From NCBI GenBank assembly GCA_964637135.1, contig CAZWTX010000003.1:62001-126000 (forward strand): a stretch of 64,000 bases of DNA, read 5' to 3'. This document shows, piece after piece, positions 30,057-40,007 of this stretch. Below the pieces are notes generated by a model. The model saw only the letters and a list, made by a program, of their open reading frames with translations, was not told the DNA's origin and made no database searches. Within the stretch, counting starts at the first letter, position 1. Every line of letters begins with the position of its first letter. A program made the position numbers and the translations under genes. The DNA is from an uncultured Methanospirillum sp. Its GTDB lineage: Archaea; Halobacteriota; Methanomicrobia; Methanomicrobiales; Methanospirillaceae.

Positions 30057-31117
30057 GCAAGACTCCGGAGCACTGACCCGAACTCACTCTCAACGATGGC
30101 TCTCACCCCGATGGTATTTGGATGGAGATCGATCTCAACCATCACATGGGCATGACCCTGTTCCTTGAGCGGGGCCACCTGACGGGGGCCGTTTGTTATC
30201 GAGAAACACTCAATGCCTTCAAGATAGGATTCAGGAATGGCATGGGGAACACCGGCGATGACCGCAAAATCAGGATCCTGTTCCCGGATCCAGGAGCCGA
30301 GGGTATCACCGAGAGCCCCGTACTCATCAAGGGCCCCCCGTACCTGGAATGGAACCCCCCGGTCAGTCAGGCCGGCAGTGATCCGTTCGGCATCCCGTAT
30401 TACCTTTGGAAGACCGCGACGTTCGAGGTTAGCCGAATAGGTAATGTCGGCATCAGGAACCGCATCATGGAGTCCGGCCAGGATGTCGCCGAACATGTAT
30501 GCAGTCTCCTTTTTGGCGTTCAGAACGGCAACCCCCTTCCTGCCGCTACGGGCAAGTTCGAGCAGCCGTGCACCCGCAATATGCTTAATATCACCCCGGG
30601 AAGGTTCAATATAGGCCTTCACCGCTGCTCCCCTGAGCCGTTCCACCTCGTTTGCTTTCTGAAGAAGGAATTTCTGGCGTTCAAGCTCATCTTCAGAGAT
30701 CCAACCGGCACCGGCGGCAGCGACGAGGGTTGCAATGACACCGTCAATGTTCTCAGGGTATCCGGCATGAATATCAACAGTAATAGTCGGGATGTCAATC
30801 CCTGCATTATCCACAGCTGCCTGGAGATCCTCCCCGATGATCATCGAGACGCAGGTACCGATCACTGCCATCCGGTGCGGATGAAAGGTCTCTGCACCAT
30901 ACCAGAGCACTTCCTCAAGCCGTTCCTGGCCACCGAATACAAACTCGTTGTCAGAGAGCGACGTTGTCAGTACCCGCATACCGTCTTCCTCAAGCAGCCG
31001 GGCGTGCTTAAAGGAACAACCGGATGGTCCGTGCAGGATAGATACCCCGACCTCCAGGTCACGGGCAGTATAGAGTGCTGCAACAATTGAACTTGGGCGT
31101 GGTTGCATGTATTTCAT
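30053..31117 (-). CDS. cfbD: Ni-sirohydrochlorin a,c-diamide reductive cyclase catalytic subunit (NflD)
   Basis: PRPSSIVAALYT, LHGPSGCSFKHARLLEEDG, GTCVSMIIGEDL and EIDLHP. Confidence 0.95.
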   Translation of the reverse strand: MKYMQPRPSSIVAALYTARDLEVGVSILHGPSGCSFKHARLLEEDGMRVLTTSLSDNEFVFGGQERLEEVLWYGAETFHPHRMAVIGTCVSMIIGEDLQAAVDNAGIDIPTITVDIHAGYPENIDGVIATLVAAAGAGWISEDELERQKFLLQKANEVERLRGAAVKAYIEPSRGDIKHIAGARLLELARSGRKGVAVLNAKKETAYMFGDILAGLHDAVPDADITYSANLERRGLPKVIRDAERITAGLTDRGVPFQVRGALDEYGALGDTLGSWIREQDPDFAVIAGVPHAIPESYLEGIECFSITNGPRQVAPLKEQGHAHVMVEIDLHPNTIGVRAIVESEFGSVLRSLA

Positions 31118-31120
31118 GAA

Positions 31121-32326
31121 TTATCTCCAGGTTTTAACGGAAATGACAATGAGGGGATACCTGCCTGATGCAGATGCCCGTGCGTCTGAGAGCGTGGCCT
31201 CCTGCCGGAAATCAATACCCTGCTTCCCGCACCATGCCGCCACCGCCCCGGCATCAATGTGATCATCACCCGCAATCAGGATAACACCGGCAGGCTGTGC
31301 ACCGGCAAGGGACGAGAGGATCTCCCCGGTTTCAAAATTTTCACAGACTGATGCGGCCTCCTGGCCGATAATCAGGCAGAGATCACCGGCGGGGACGAGT
31401 TCTCTGCCCACATCAACCGCATTCAGGGTAGTGTTGGCACAGGACCCAGAATTTGCATTATCAACGCAGACAGAGCTGTCCTCCCTGATGATCTCCATCC
31501 TTCCGGGGACTGACGTAAAGTCAGCAAGTCCGTCCGGACGATGACCAAGCAGAAGGGCAGCCGCAGCAGCCAGTTGCATGGCAGTCCCATACCCGGGGAG
31601 ACCGATCAGTGGATTGTCCACAACGCCTTCCATCCCGTTCCAGTTATAATGAAGCCGGTTCCCGGTTACTGATACCAGATCCTCCGCAGGTATACCGGCA
31701 TCATGTCGAACATCCATTCCGGGTGGGACAAGCAGCCGCCCTGCCAGAAAGGAAGTATCCTCTTTCACCCTGAACGCTGATTTCCTTCCCCCGGCTACCC
31801 GGTAATCTTCACCAGATGTAAGGATCGCAAGATCACCAATCCCTGTAAAACCCAGGGATATCTCGCTGACAAGCCAGTCTCCGGGTTGCATCATCTCCTT
31901 CGCACGAATCAGGGATGCAGGAGTAATACTCAGCCGCGTCATCTGCTCCCTGCCGGGGTACCGGAAGAGACCTCCAGAACACTGTAATACACCTCTTCCA
32001 GGCAGAATTGATGCCAGTGCGGCTGCGGTGGTGGTTTTACCCCGCATTCCGCTGATCTCAATCCATCCCTCCTGGCGTCCGAGTATCCATCTCACTGCTT
32101 CGTGATGCGTGATACAGGGGGCAGTCAGTTCCCGGAGGAGAAAATAGGACGGATCAAGGTGTACCGGGGCAATCACCAGGTCATAGCGGCTACCCGCAGC
32201 TTCCCGGGGGGAAATCCCCGTCCTGCCTCGGTACACATCAACCAGATCGACTTCGTGCCCGGACCGGGCAAGCCGGTCCCCGATCACCGCACCGCCATGG
32301 ATGGAATCGAGGACTAAAATATGCAT
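31121..32326 (-). CDS. cfbE: Coenzyme F430 synthase (Mur-ligase-like)
   Basis: LVLDSIHGG, APVHLDP, GMRGKTTT, EISLGFTG and DNANSG; lies in the cfb cluster. Confidence 0.9.
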   Translation of the reverse strand: MHILVLDSIHGGAVIGDRLARSGHEVDLVDVYRGRTGISPREAAGSRYDLVIAPVHLDPSYFLLRELTAPCITHHEAVRWILGRQEGWIEISGMRGKTTTAAALASILPGRGVLQCSGGLFRYPGREQMTRLSITPASLIRAKEMMQPGDWLVSEISLGFTGIGDLAILTSGEDYRVAGGRKSAFRVKEDTSFLAGRLLVPPGMDVRHDAGIPAEDLVSVTGNRLHYNWNGMEGVVDNPLIGLPGYGTAMQLAAAAALLLGHRPDGLADFTSVPGRMEIIREDSSVCVDNANSGSCANTTLNAVDVGRELVPAGDLCLIIGQEAASVCENFETGEILSSLAGAQPAGVILIAGDDHIDAGAVAAWCGKQGIDFRQEATLSDARASASGRYPLIVISVKTWR

Positions 32327-32331
32327 TATGA

Positions 32332-32733
32332 TTAAATCTGACGCAGCGCCGTCTCGGCGTTTTTACTCATCAGTTCGGCAAGGAGTGGGTTCGGTCCAAT
32401 GGGATCGGCGTACACAAGAGGAATCGTCTTTCCATTTGCAACATAGGAACCCTTCTTCGTACCATCTTTCAGGTTCAGGATGGAGGGGATGTCCTCATCG
32501 ATATGAACACCACGGGCAAGGAAAAGGGGAACAACCGCAATTGCCTCGAGATCCTCAGAGCTGAATGAGTCGAGAGCATCAGGAATGGATGGCTCATTGA
32601 ATTCCATGAATCCGCATTTTACCAGGTAATTCTGGTTTGCTGCAGCCATCAATTCGGCTGTCCGGATGATCAGGTTCTTATTATATTCCTTCTTGCTCCC
32701 ATGACCAACCAGAAGAATGCCAATCTTTGCCAT
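32332..32733 (-). CDS. cfbA: Sirohydrochlorin nickelochelatase
   Basis: CbiX-short fold: LVGHGSK, GFMEFNEP and PLFLARGVHIDEDIP; first gene of the cfb cluster. Confidence 0.92.
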   Translation of the reverse strand: MAKIGILLVGHGSKKEYNKNLIIRTAELMAAANQNYLVKCGFMEFNEPSIPDALDSFSSEDLEAIAVVPLFLARGVHIDEDIPSILNLKDGTKKGSYVANGKTIPLVYADPIGPNPLLAELMSKNAETALRQI

Positions 32734-32943
32734 TCAATACACGTAACACTACAATTCATAAAAGAGTTATCAAATGTGTAAAACAGACCCCCCTATGGAT
32801 ACCTGTACAGAATACTGAATGCATCGGGAATCGGGATCCCGTATCCTGAAACGAACAATAATCCCGGGGCGGGTATCTGCCAACACGGTGTCGGGCATTC
32901 ATTATAAGCCCATGCACACCGATGAATATACCCACTGAAAATT

Positions 32944-34047
32944 ATGGAATCAGTATACGATCTTTCAATCGGGGGTTTTCCTGTGAGAACCCCGGTTGCC
33001 GTCTCATCCATGGCCGGGATCACAGACGGGGCATATATACGGGATCGGGCTCCTCATATCGGGATCGGATTTATCGGAGGCTATGCCATCGATGAAAAGA
33101 CGATCGCAGCCGCTAATACCCTCATGAAAAAGGGAAGAAAGGAATTCCTGCCACACGATCCCTATGACGAGATTGAAGCGCAGGTATCGCTCATAGAGAC
33201 AGCAGGCGTGGTTCCCGCCGTGAATATTCGTGCATCTGAGGTACCATCCCTTGTTTCCCTTGCACAGCGATTAAAAAACCGTATTATTTACGAGATCGAT
33301 GCACATTGCCGCCAGCAGGAGATGATCGATGCCGGATGTGGTGAGGCCCTGCTTCAGAACACCTCCCGCCTCGTTTCGTATATTCAGGCCCTGAAGATAG
33401 CCGGCGTGGTGGTCTCGGTAAAAATCCGTGCAGGCGTCGCCGGGAATGATCCTGAACTGGCACACCTCATCTGGAAAGCCGGGGCGGACATCCTGCATGT
33501 TGATTTGATGGATTTTGGTCATGATAGGCTTCGCGAGATCAGGAATGCATCACCCATTTTTCTCATTGCCAATAACGGAATAACCTGTTTTGAACAGGCA
33601 AAAGAGATGTTCTCGCATGGTGCAGACATGGTATCGGTTGCACGCCGGTCTGATCCTGACACGCTCAGCGAGATAGAATCAGGTCTCAACCGGTTTGTCC
33701 ATGAACACGGATGGTACAATGCACCAAAACAACTCTGTCGTGGCGGTGACATCAGGTCTCTTGCATTCTGTTGCATGCCGGTAAAACCCTGTCCCCTGCT
33801 TCCAGCCCTGAAACGGTACAACCTCTCCCCGCAGGAGTATGTAAAACTCAAGACCGACGCGGTCTCCGGAACCATCCTTGAGGGAGGAAGCGGCACCTGC
33901 TTTGGAAGCCTCGTATACTGCTGCAAGGACACGACTCCCTGCATGTTCCGGGATTCAACGCTTGGACAGGCTGGAATCAGGAAACCACAGTACATGGATG
34001 AGAAGAGATCCATCGCCAGAAAAATCATGGAACGACTCTTTTCATGA
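32944..34047 (+). CDS. Dus-like TIM-barrel protein fused to a Cys-rich methanogenesis marker 9 domain
   Basis: SMAGITD, EIDAHCRQ and SVKIRAG in the barrel; C-terminal LCRGGDIRSLAFCCMPVKPCP and TCFGSLVYCCK...CMFRD. Confidence 0.85.
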   Translation: MESVYDLSIGGFPVRTPVAVSSMAGITDGAYIRDRAPHIGIGFIGGYAIDEKTIAAANTLMKKGRKEFLPHDPYDEIEAQVSLIETAGVVPAVNIRASEVPSLVSLAQRLKNRIIYEIDAHCRQQEMIDAGCGEALLQNTSRLVSYIQALKIAGVVVSVKIRAGVAGNDPELAHLIWKAGADILHVDLMDFGHDRLREIRNASPIFLIANNGITCFEQAKEMFSHGADMVSVARRSDPDTLSEIESGLNRFVHEHGWYNAPKQLCRGGDIRSLAFCCMPVKPCPLLPALKRYNLSPQEYVKLKTDAVSGTILEGGSGTCFGSLVYCCKDTTPCMFRDSTLGQAGIRKPQYMDEKRSIARKIMERLFS

Positions 34048-34865
34048 TCTCCCCCCATCTCTCACCCGCGGACTGTGCCCAGCTGGCCATGATGCTCGAA
34101 GTCTGTGCCCGGGGAAAGCCGGGAAATGTTGACCGGTGCCATGATTACCCTGACACCCGTCTTGAACATTTCCTGGCATCCATGATATACTGCCGGCCGG
34201 TACTGGACCGGGCAGAAGAACAGGGTGGAACAGTGGGAGACCTGATCCGGGAGGCAACGATCCTGACCACCCGGCACCGGGGTGGAAACACCCATTTCGG
34301 AGCCTTTATCCTTCTCATCCCCCTCCTTATAGGACAGGGAATTCCCGGGGCTCTATCGATCATCAGGCAGACATCGGTCGACGATGCAATCCTTTTCTAC
34401 GACGCTTTCTCCCATTGTGCCGTCCGGGTAAGGGATTCTGACGAACTTGACGTGAATGATCCTGGTATCGCAGACAAACTCAGGGACCAGGGGATGACTC
34501 TTTATGATGTCATGGCCCATTCAGCACCGCATGATATGGTAGCACGCGAGTGGACTGACGGATTCAGGCTGACAAGACAGACCGCAGACGCCCTGCTCAG
34601 CCATCAAGGAATCGCTGATATCATTCCGGTGCTCTTTCTTAACCTTCTCTCAACCGAGACTGACACCTTTATCGAAAAAAAGTTCGGCACGAAGGTTGCC
34701 AGGGAAATCAGGGATGAGGCACTCCGTGTCAAAAGAGGAGAACTGAGTCTTGAAGCGCTGGATGACCGGTGTATCAGGGAGAGGATTAATCCGGGGTCCC
34801 TTGCAGACATCATGATTGCCGGGATCTATCTCGCACTCACCGAAGGATGGGAATGGGACCGATAA
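34044..34865 (+). CDS. Triphosphoribosyl-dephospho-CoA synthase (CitG)-like protein, archaeal type
   Basis: LEVCA..KPGNVDR, GNTHFG and INPGSLAD. Confidence 0.85.
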   Translation: MISPHLSPADCAQLAMMLEVCARGKPGNVDRCHDYPDTRLEHFLASMIYCRPVLDRAEEQGGTVGDLIREATILTTRHRGGNTHFGAFILLIPLLIGQGIPGALSIIRQTSVDDAILFYDAFSHCAVRVRDSDELDVNDPGIADKLRDQGMTLYDVMAHSAPHDMVAREWTDGFRLTRQTADALLSHQGIADIIPVLFLNLLSTETDTFIEKKFGTKVAREIRDEALRVKRGELSLEALDDRCIRERINPGSLADIMIAGIYLALTEGWEWDR

Positions 34866-35410
34866 AGGAAGGCATCAACGAAGTTATCGCGACGACTACC
34901 GGTAATGCCGCCCCGATGGGGATCATATCACGGGGGTCTGTCCTGCAGATAGGTATCTACCTGACCAGCCATACAGCCCGGAATATCGAACGGGATGGCT
35001 GGTTAATCGCCCACATCACAACCGATCCTCTCATTTTCGTCACAACAGCGTTCTCGGATCTCCCGGATGATGCATATACTGACGAGATCATCAATGGGAT
35101 CAGAATGCAGCGTCTTGCCGGCGTGGATGACTGGATTGCATACTCAACAACCATTGTGAACCGGACTTCACGGAAGATCCTCGTCTCCCTCACCCCGCTC
35201 CACGAACATATTACCCGGACAATGCCCTCAGCACATAACCGGGGGTTTGCAAACCTGATCGAGGCAACCGTGCACGGCACCCGCTACCAGTACACCGGTT
35301 CTGAAGACCTGAAAAAACTGATTCTCCATCACATCGCACTGGTTGAACGATGCGGGGGAGAAAGGGAACAGCAGGCACTCTATCTGCTCAGAAATTTCCT
35401 GAACCTCTGA
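34847..35410 (+). CDS. DUF447 family protein
   Basis: EGINEVIATT..NAAPMGI, SHTARNI and NRG...LIEATVHGTR. Confidence 0.8.
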   Translation: MGMGPIKEGINEVIATTTGNAAPMGIISRGSVLQIGIYLTSHTARNIERDGWLIAHITTDPLIFVTTAFSDLPDDAYTDEIINGIRMQRLAGVDDWIAYSTTIVNRTSRKILVSLTPLHEHITRTMPSAHNRGFANLIEATVHGTRYQYTGSEDLKKLILHHIALVERCGGEREQQALYLLRNFLNL

Positions 35411-35417
35411 CCGGGGA

Positions 35418-36413
35418 TTAACAGACACGGGGTACCGGATCCCCGAGTGGGGTCTCGATAAACCGCTCCCCGCCTGCGGCCGTCTCCATAATAACCCCTT
35501 TTCCCGCGGTTACCCGCCCGATAATTGCCGCGTCCCGGCCATACCGGTGAGACCGCAGGGCTGCAAGGATGGCATCCGCTTCTGTGGCCGGCACTCCCAT
35601 GACCACCTTTCCTTCGTTTGCAACCTCAAGGGGATCGATTCCAAGCATCTGAGAAGCACTCCTCACGGATGCCCGGATCGGGATTGTTTCTTCCTCAATT
35701 CTCACCTGCACACCGGCCTTTCGGGCCATCTCGTTGATGGCACTGGCAAAACCGCCACGGGTCGGATCCTTCATCGCATGGATCGTTCCGGCTTTCATAA
35801 CCTCATGAACCATTCCGGCAAGCGGCGCTACATCGGAGACGATCTGGTCGGCGAAATCAAACTCCTCCCGGCTTGCCAGCACCGAAAACCCGTGATCCCC
35901 GAGAGTTCCGGAAACAAGGATGGCATCTCCTTCCTTCAGTCCGTTATCCCTCACCACCGTGGTTGCCACCCCGATTCCAGCGGTATTGATCACGATATTA
36001 TCAATTGCGCCCCGTTCCATTACCTTCGTATCACCGGTGACCAGGGCTACTCCCGCTTCAGTGAGGGCCGCATCCATGGAGTCGATGATTCGGGTCAGGG
36101 TATCAAATTCAAGCCCTTCCTCAAGGACAAGACCACAGGAGAGGGCAATCGGCACTCCCCCCATCATGGCCACGTCATTGATCGTGCCACATACCGATAT
36201 CCGGCCGATATCTCCCCCCGGGAAAAAGAGCGGCCTGACCAGGTGTGAATCGGTAGTAAAGACGATCTGGGAGTTACCGATCGGGATAACCGCACCATCA
36301 TCCAGCGATTCAAGTCCGATACCTCCGGCATTCTTGTTCGTGATCCGGGAGACGAGATCGATGACCTCTCCCATCACCTCGCCCCCCGCCCCGTGCATCA
36401 TCGTAACTTTCAT
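35418..36413 (-). CDS. hypE: Hydrogenase maturation carbamoyl dehydratase HypE
   Basis: HGAGG, TTDSH...PLFFPGGDIG, GDTKV, KDPTRGG, ANEGK and terminal PRVC. Confidence 0.96.
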   Translation of the reverse strand: MKVTMMHGAGGEVMGEVIDLVSRITNKNAGGIGLESLDDGAVIPIGNSQIVFTTDSHLVRPLFFPGGDIGRISVCGTINDVAMMGGVPIALSCGLVLEEGLEFDTLTRIIDSMDAALTEAGVALVTGDTKVMERGAIDNIVINTAGIGVATTVVRDNGLKEGDAILVSGTLGDHGFSVLASREEFDFADQIVSDVAPLAGMVHEVMKAGTIHAMKDPTRGGFASAINEMARKAGVQVRIEEETIPIRASVRSASQMLGIDPLEVANEGKVVMGVPATEADAILAALRSHRYGRDAAIIGRVTAGKGVIMETAAGGERFIETPLGDPVPRVC

Positions 36414-36749
36414 TTAATCGGCCTCAATCTCGATATTTGTCACCAGGATCTCCCTTCCCCGCTCGATTGTCGGTAATGCCCCGCACTCCGGGCAGATGTA
36501 TATCTCGCTCCCCGAATACCCGCAGGTGCAGGTCGTCTCTGGTGAGATGATATTGCATGCCAGCCGGACTCCTGAAAAGAGCGGATCCTCTTCAACAAGA
36601 GCATGAAACAGGAACTCCACCTGTTCGGGATTAACCATGGATAATTCCCCTATTTCAACATGGACGACCAGAATCCTGGCAGCATTATTCTCTTTCGCCA
36701 CATGACGTGCGGTCTGTACGATATCATAAGCAATTGCATATTCATGCAT
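36414..36749 (-). CDS. hypA: Hydrogenase nickel metallochaperone HypA
   Basis: MHEYAIA N-terminus, IGELS, CxC...CPECG and GREI. Confidence 0.93.
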   Translation of the reverse strand: MHEYAIAYDIVQTARHVAKENNAARILVVHVEIGELSMVNPEQVEFLFHALVEEDPLFSGVRLACNIISPETTCTCGYSGSEIYICPECGALPTIERGREILVTNIEIEAD

Positions 36750-36861
36750 CAGGGACAATCTCCAGGGGTAGGGATCTGCAGGATCCAAGGTAGACGGGAA
36801 ACTGGTTAAATAGTGCGGATCAGAACATGTCATTGAAAAAGGGACAGATTTGTTCGGCAGA

Positions 36862-37518
36862 ATGACAGACGTTTACCTGCTAACCAGCCAGGATCTTCTC
36901 AACCTGGGATTATCAGCCGGTGACATGCATGAACCGGCAGTGTACATACTCCTCTTTCTCATCATCCTCCTGGAATGCGGATTTCCCCCCATGGTCTGGC
37001 TCCCGGGAGACTCCCTTCTCTTCCTCTCCGGATTGTATGCCGCGGCAGGAGCCCTCGATATCGGTATCGTCATGGGTATCTTCGTTTTCGCCGGTACAGC
37101 AGGATACCTCGTGAATTACACCTGCGGCAGGTATGCCGGCCTGCCATTCACAAGGAGATGGTTTCCGGGGATGATCCCTGAAGAGAAAATGGACCAGGCA
37201 TTCCGGTTCTTTGACCGGTGGGGCACCCATGCCGTGTTCTTCGGCCGCTTCATACCCGTGGTGAGGACCTTTGTTCCATTTATAGCAGGAATTGCACGAA
37301 TGGATCTGATCCGGTTCACAATCCTTGCCATTATCAGCGGCAGTGTCTGGGGACCGGTGATCTGCGGGGCAGGGTATCTCTGTGGTTCAGTACCCTGGCT
37401 GACAGCGTACCGGGACATCATCCTCCTGGCAGCCCCGGCAGGGATCATCCTCACCATGATCCTCTCCCTTGCCGCACTGGCCATGAACAAGGGCAGGGTG
37501 GATCATCCTGACCGGTGA
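36862..37518 (+). CDS. DedA/VTT-domain membrane protein
   Basis: LECG...LPGDSLLF and FFGRFIPVVRTFVPFIAG. Confidence 0.9.
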   Translation: MTDVYLLTSQDLLNLGLSAGDMHEPAVYILLFLIILLECGFPPMVWLPGDSLLFLSGLYAAAGALDIGIVMGIFVFAGTAGYLVNYTCGRYAGLPFTRRWFPGMIPEEKMDQAFRFFDRWGTHAVFFGRFIPVVRTFVPFIAGIARMDLIRFTILAIISGSVWGPVICGAGYLCGSVPWLTAYRDIILLAAPAGIILTMILSLAALAMNKGRVDHPDR

Positions 37519-38207
37519 TTCCGATTTTTCAGCAGAATAACGAGGTAGGAGACGATAGAGACAAGGACGATTATGCCAAGGATGATCGCCACCAGGTACC
37601 AGAGATTCACGGAAAAGTACTGGTTAAGGGCATAGGCAGAAAACCCGATCAGGAAACTGCTCAACGTGGACCCGGCCAGGATGGCAAAAAATACCTCAAC
37701 CTGCCTCATTCCGGATATCTTCCCCAGGATCGTCCCGGATACTGATCCGGTTCCCTGGAACGGGATAAAGATGAAGATGACAAGACCAATCACTGCCAGG
37801 CGTTCAAGCCAGGCATGTTTCTGAAGCAGCTCCTCTCCTTTCCGGATAAACGCACGGATCCATGAACCAAGTACCGGCAGACGGCAGACCAGTTCAAAAT
37901 TCCAGAGCATAAAGAGACAACAGCCAATATCAATTACAACTATAGAAACTGCAACGATCCACCATTCAAACCCAAGTTCCACCGCTGCAGGGATGATAGT
38001 CTCCCTCCCGGCAGGAGGGATAAAATACAGGAGGAGGAGACCGCCAATCTGGAGAAAACGGTCATAAGGATAGAACGATGCAAGGAATAACAGGTAGAGA
38101 ATAACCACGAGGAAGGGGACCGATATCTTCAGTAACCGGTCGATAAGCGGTGAAAAATAGATGAAACCTCCATACAAGGAGCAGGCTTTCTCCTGAAGTC
38201 TTCTCAT
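37503..38207 (-). CDS. Putative small multidrug export family membrane protein
   Basis: PPAGRE..IP and FIFIPFQGTG motifs; multiple TM segments. Confidence 0.65.
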   Translation of the reverse strand: MRRLQEKACSLYGGFIYFSPLIDRLLKISVPFLVVILYLLFLASFYPYDRFLQIGGLLLLYFIPPAGRETIIPAAVELGFEWWIVAVSIVVIDIGCCLFMLWNFELVCRLPVLGSWIRAFIRKGEELLQKHAWLERLAVIGLVIFIFIPFQGTGSVSGTILGKISGMRQVEVFFAILAGSTLSSFLIGFSAYALNQYFSVNLWYLVAIILGIIVLVSIVSYLVILLKNRNHRSG

Positions 38208-38269
38208 TATGAATCCCGGAATATCTGATTAACTTCTGATGTATTGTGACTGGAAACCTGAAAAAGAGA

Positions 38270-39337
38270 TCAGAGGAAGAGTATGCCCGTGTTATCGATA
38301 GACGTGGAAATGGCAACCTCAAGTCCGAGGGACCGGAGGAGCGGCCGTATCTCATCCGCGGATTTTTCCGTAATTACCGCGATAGAAGGGCCGACCGAAC
38401 TCATCCCGACAAATTCGAGATCTGCTTTCCTGAGCCGGTGCATGTATTGGTAGAGTTCAAATGAATGATGCTCCACTTCTGCACGTTTCGACCCCCTGAA
38501 CTCGATCTCCCACATGATATCTCCCATGCGACGGATGTTTTTCTGCTGGAGAGCCGGGATGAAATCCATTAGAACACAGTACGCCTTTTGTTCCCGATCC
38601 CGATAGTCAAGAGTCCGTGCCTTGGTCATAAGGAGCGAGAACTCCTCCTCCCCTGCAGAAGAGATTCCTGACGGAGGGATAACAATATGGACGTGGTACC
38701 TCTCTCCAAAGGGCTGCTGGTAGATAACCGAAAGATCATCACCCATAATAGCCATGCCACCGTGGCAGCTGACCGCCGGACCGACCCCGGTCTCAAACCC
38801 ATACGCGATCATACCCCCTTCCATTTCTTCAACGTAGTTGTGGCCGATCAGCATGCGGAGCTGATCGGTCGTGAGGGGATCGCCCAGGCAACGGTTTACT
38901 GCCATGGCAAGGGCAATCATGATCGTACTCGTGGAACCAAGCCCGACATGCTTGTAATCATGATCGGTTGCAGTGACCGAGAATCCGCCCATATACCCGA
39001 CGGTTTCTGAAAATATCCGCAGGAAATGCTCAACAATGGCAGAACGGGAATACCGGATCTCATACCCGGAGGGAATACACCTGACTTCTGCTTCGGCGTA
39101 CACGCTGATCGCAAACCCGATGCCACCGCCACCCGGATGTCCGGGGGCAAACCGGTTCATGTCAAGGACCGTCAGGTGAATCCTGCCCGGAGCCCTGACC
39201 CTGACCGGTGAAGAAGAAATGGTAAGCGGGTATTTTCCAGAGAGACCGCAGGTAACCATGTGCTCTCCCGGCCTGAAGGAAGAAAACTCGTATTCAACGA
39301 GATCAAGATCCCCTCCCCTGATCTTCATCGTGGTCAT
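38270..39337 (-). CDS. GHMP-superfamily protein related to beta-ribofuranosylaminobenzene 5'-phosphate synthase
   Basis: APGRIHLTVLD, GGIG, HVGLGSTS and GMSSVGP resemble beta-RFA-P synthase motifs, with an extra N-terminal extension. Confidence 0.7.
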   Translation of the reverse strand: MTTMKIRGGDLDLVEYEFSSFRPGEHMVTCGLSGKYPLTISSSPVRVRAPGRIHLTVLDMNRFAPGHPGGGGIGFAISVYAEAEVRCIPSGYEIRYSRSAIVEHFLRIFSETVGYMGGFSVTATDHDYKHVGLGSTSTIMIALAMAVNRCLGDPLTTDQLRMLIGHNYVEEMEGGMIAYGFETGVGPAVSCHGGMAIMGDDLSVIYQQPFGERYHVHIVIPPSGISSAGEEEFSLLMTKARTLDYRDREQKAYCVLMDFIPALQQKNIRRMGDIMWEIEFRGSKRAEVEHHSFELYQYMHRLRKADLEFVGMSSVGPSIAVITEKSADEIRPLLRSLGLEVAISTSIDNTGILFL

Positions 39338-39903
39338 CAGGCACTCCGGTCAAAGAAGATATTCTTCCCTGAAATGCTCAGGGGAATGCCATATGCCGTC
39401 GTGCATCCCGGGAGAAGCCCGGCCTGGAGAGCTGCAACTCCTGCAGAGAAGAACACCCGGTTGTCGACATTATGAATCTGGGCTGTTTTCACCGCTGAAC
39501 CGATTGCGATACCGAGATCCGCCATCCGGATGACACAGACCGGCCCCTGGAAACACCGGTCCTGATCCTGGCTCGAAAACCGCTCAACCATCTCCTTACA
39601 TTTGCCAAATCCGCATCCCCCGCAGTTGAGCCCGAGATGTTCTGTTCCCCGGCAGCCCACAAGCACAACCGCATCGGATGCCTCAACATTACCAGCATCC
39701 CTAAGAAAAAATTTCAGCCCTCTCTTCGCTTCGGCAAGTCTCATCTCCCTGGCAAGCTGGATGCATTCAGCTTTCCCAAGCACCCGTGTCTCTATCGTGT
39801 CCAGTCCCTTTCCTTTCGGTGCAGTTCTGGCGGCAGCTGCCATGAGCGAGGCAACCATCATCACTGCATCCTGCTCAGGATCCATACCAGAAGTAAGGTG
39901 CAT
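39337..39903 (-). CDS. DUF2148 ferredoxin-domain protein (nitroreductase-like)
   Basis: AARTAPKGKG, RDAGNV, NCGGCGFGKC, DLGIAIGSA, VDNR and KNIFFDR. Confidence 0.85.
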   Translation of the reverse strand: MHLTSGMDPEQDAVMMVASLMAAAARTAPKGKGLDTIETRVLGKAECIQLAREMRLAEAKRGLKFFLRDAGNVEASDAVVLVGCRGTEHLGLNCGGCGFGKCKEMVERFSSQDQDRCFQGPVCVIRMADLGIAIGSAVKTAQIHNVDNRVFFSAGVAALQAGLLPGCTTAYGIPLSISGKNIFFDRSA

Positions 39904-40007
39904 CTGACTTATATCTACTGAAACGCCCTTATCATCAGCAGACGGAGAACATCAGGTATCATGAACGGTGCTCCCCGAAGACCGGTTCTGCCAGGAGCCG
40001 GAATGAA

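Noticed and set aside
30122..31090. 322-aa plus-strand ORF, and similar long antisense ORFs (1045-1833, 35547-36248, 44317-45006, 53825-54733, 54779-55543, 55970-56629)
   Set aside because: Antisense shadows of well-supported genes with no recognisable motifs.
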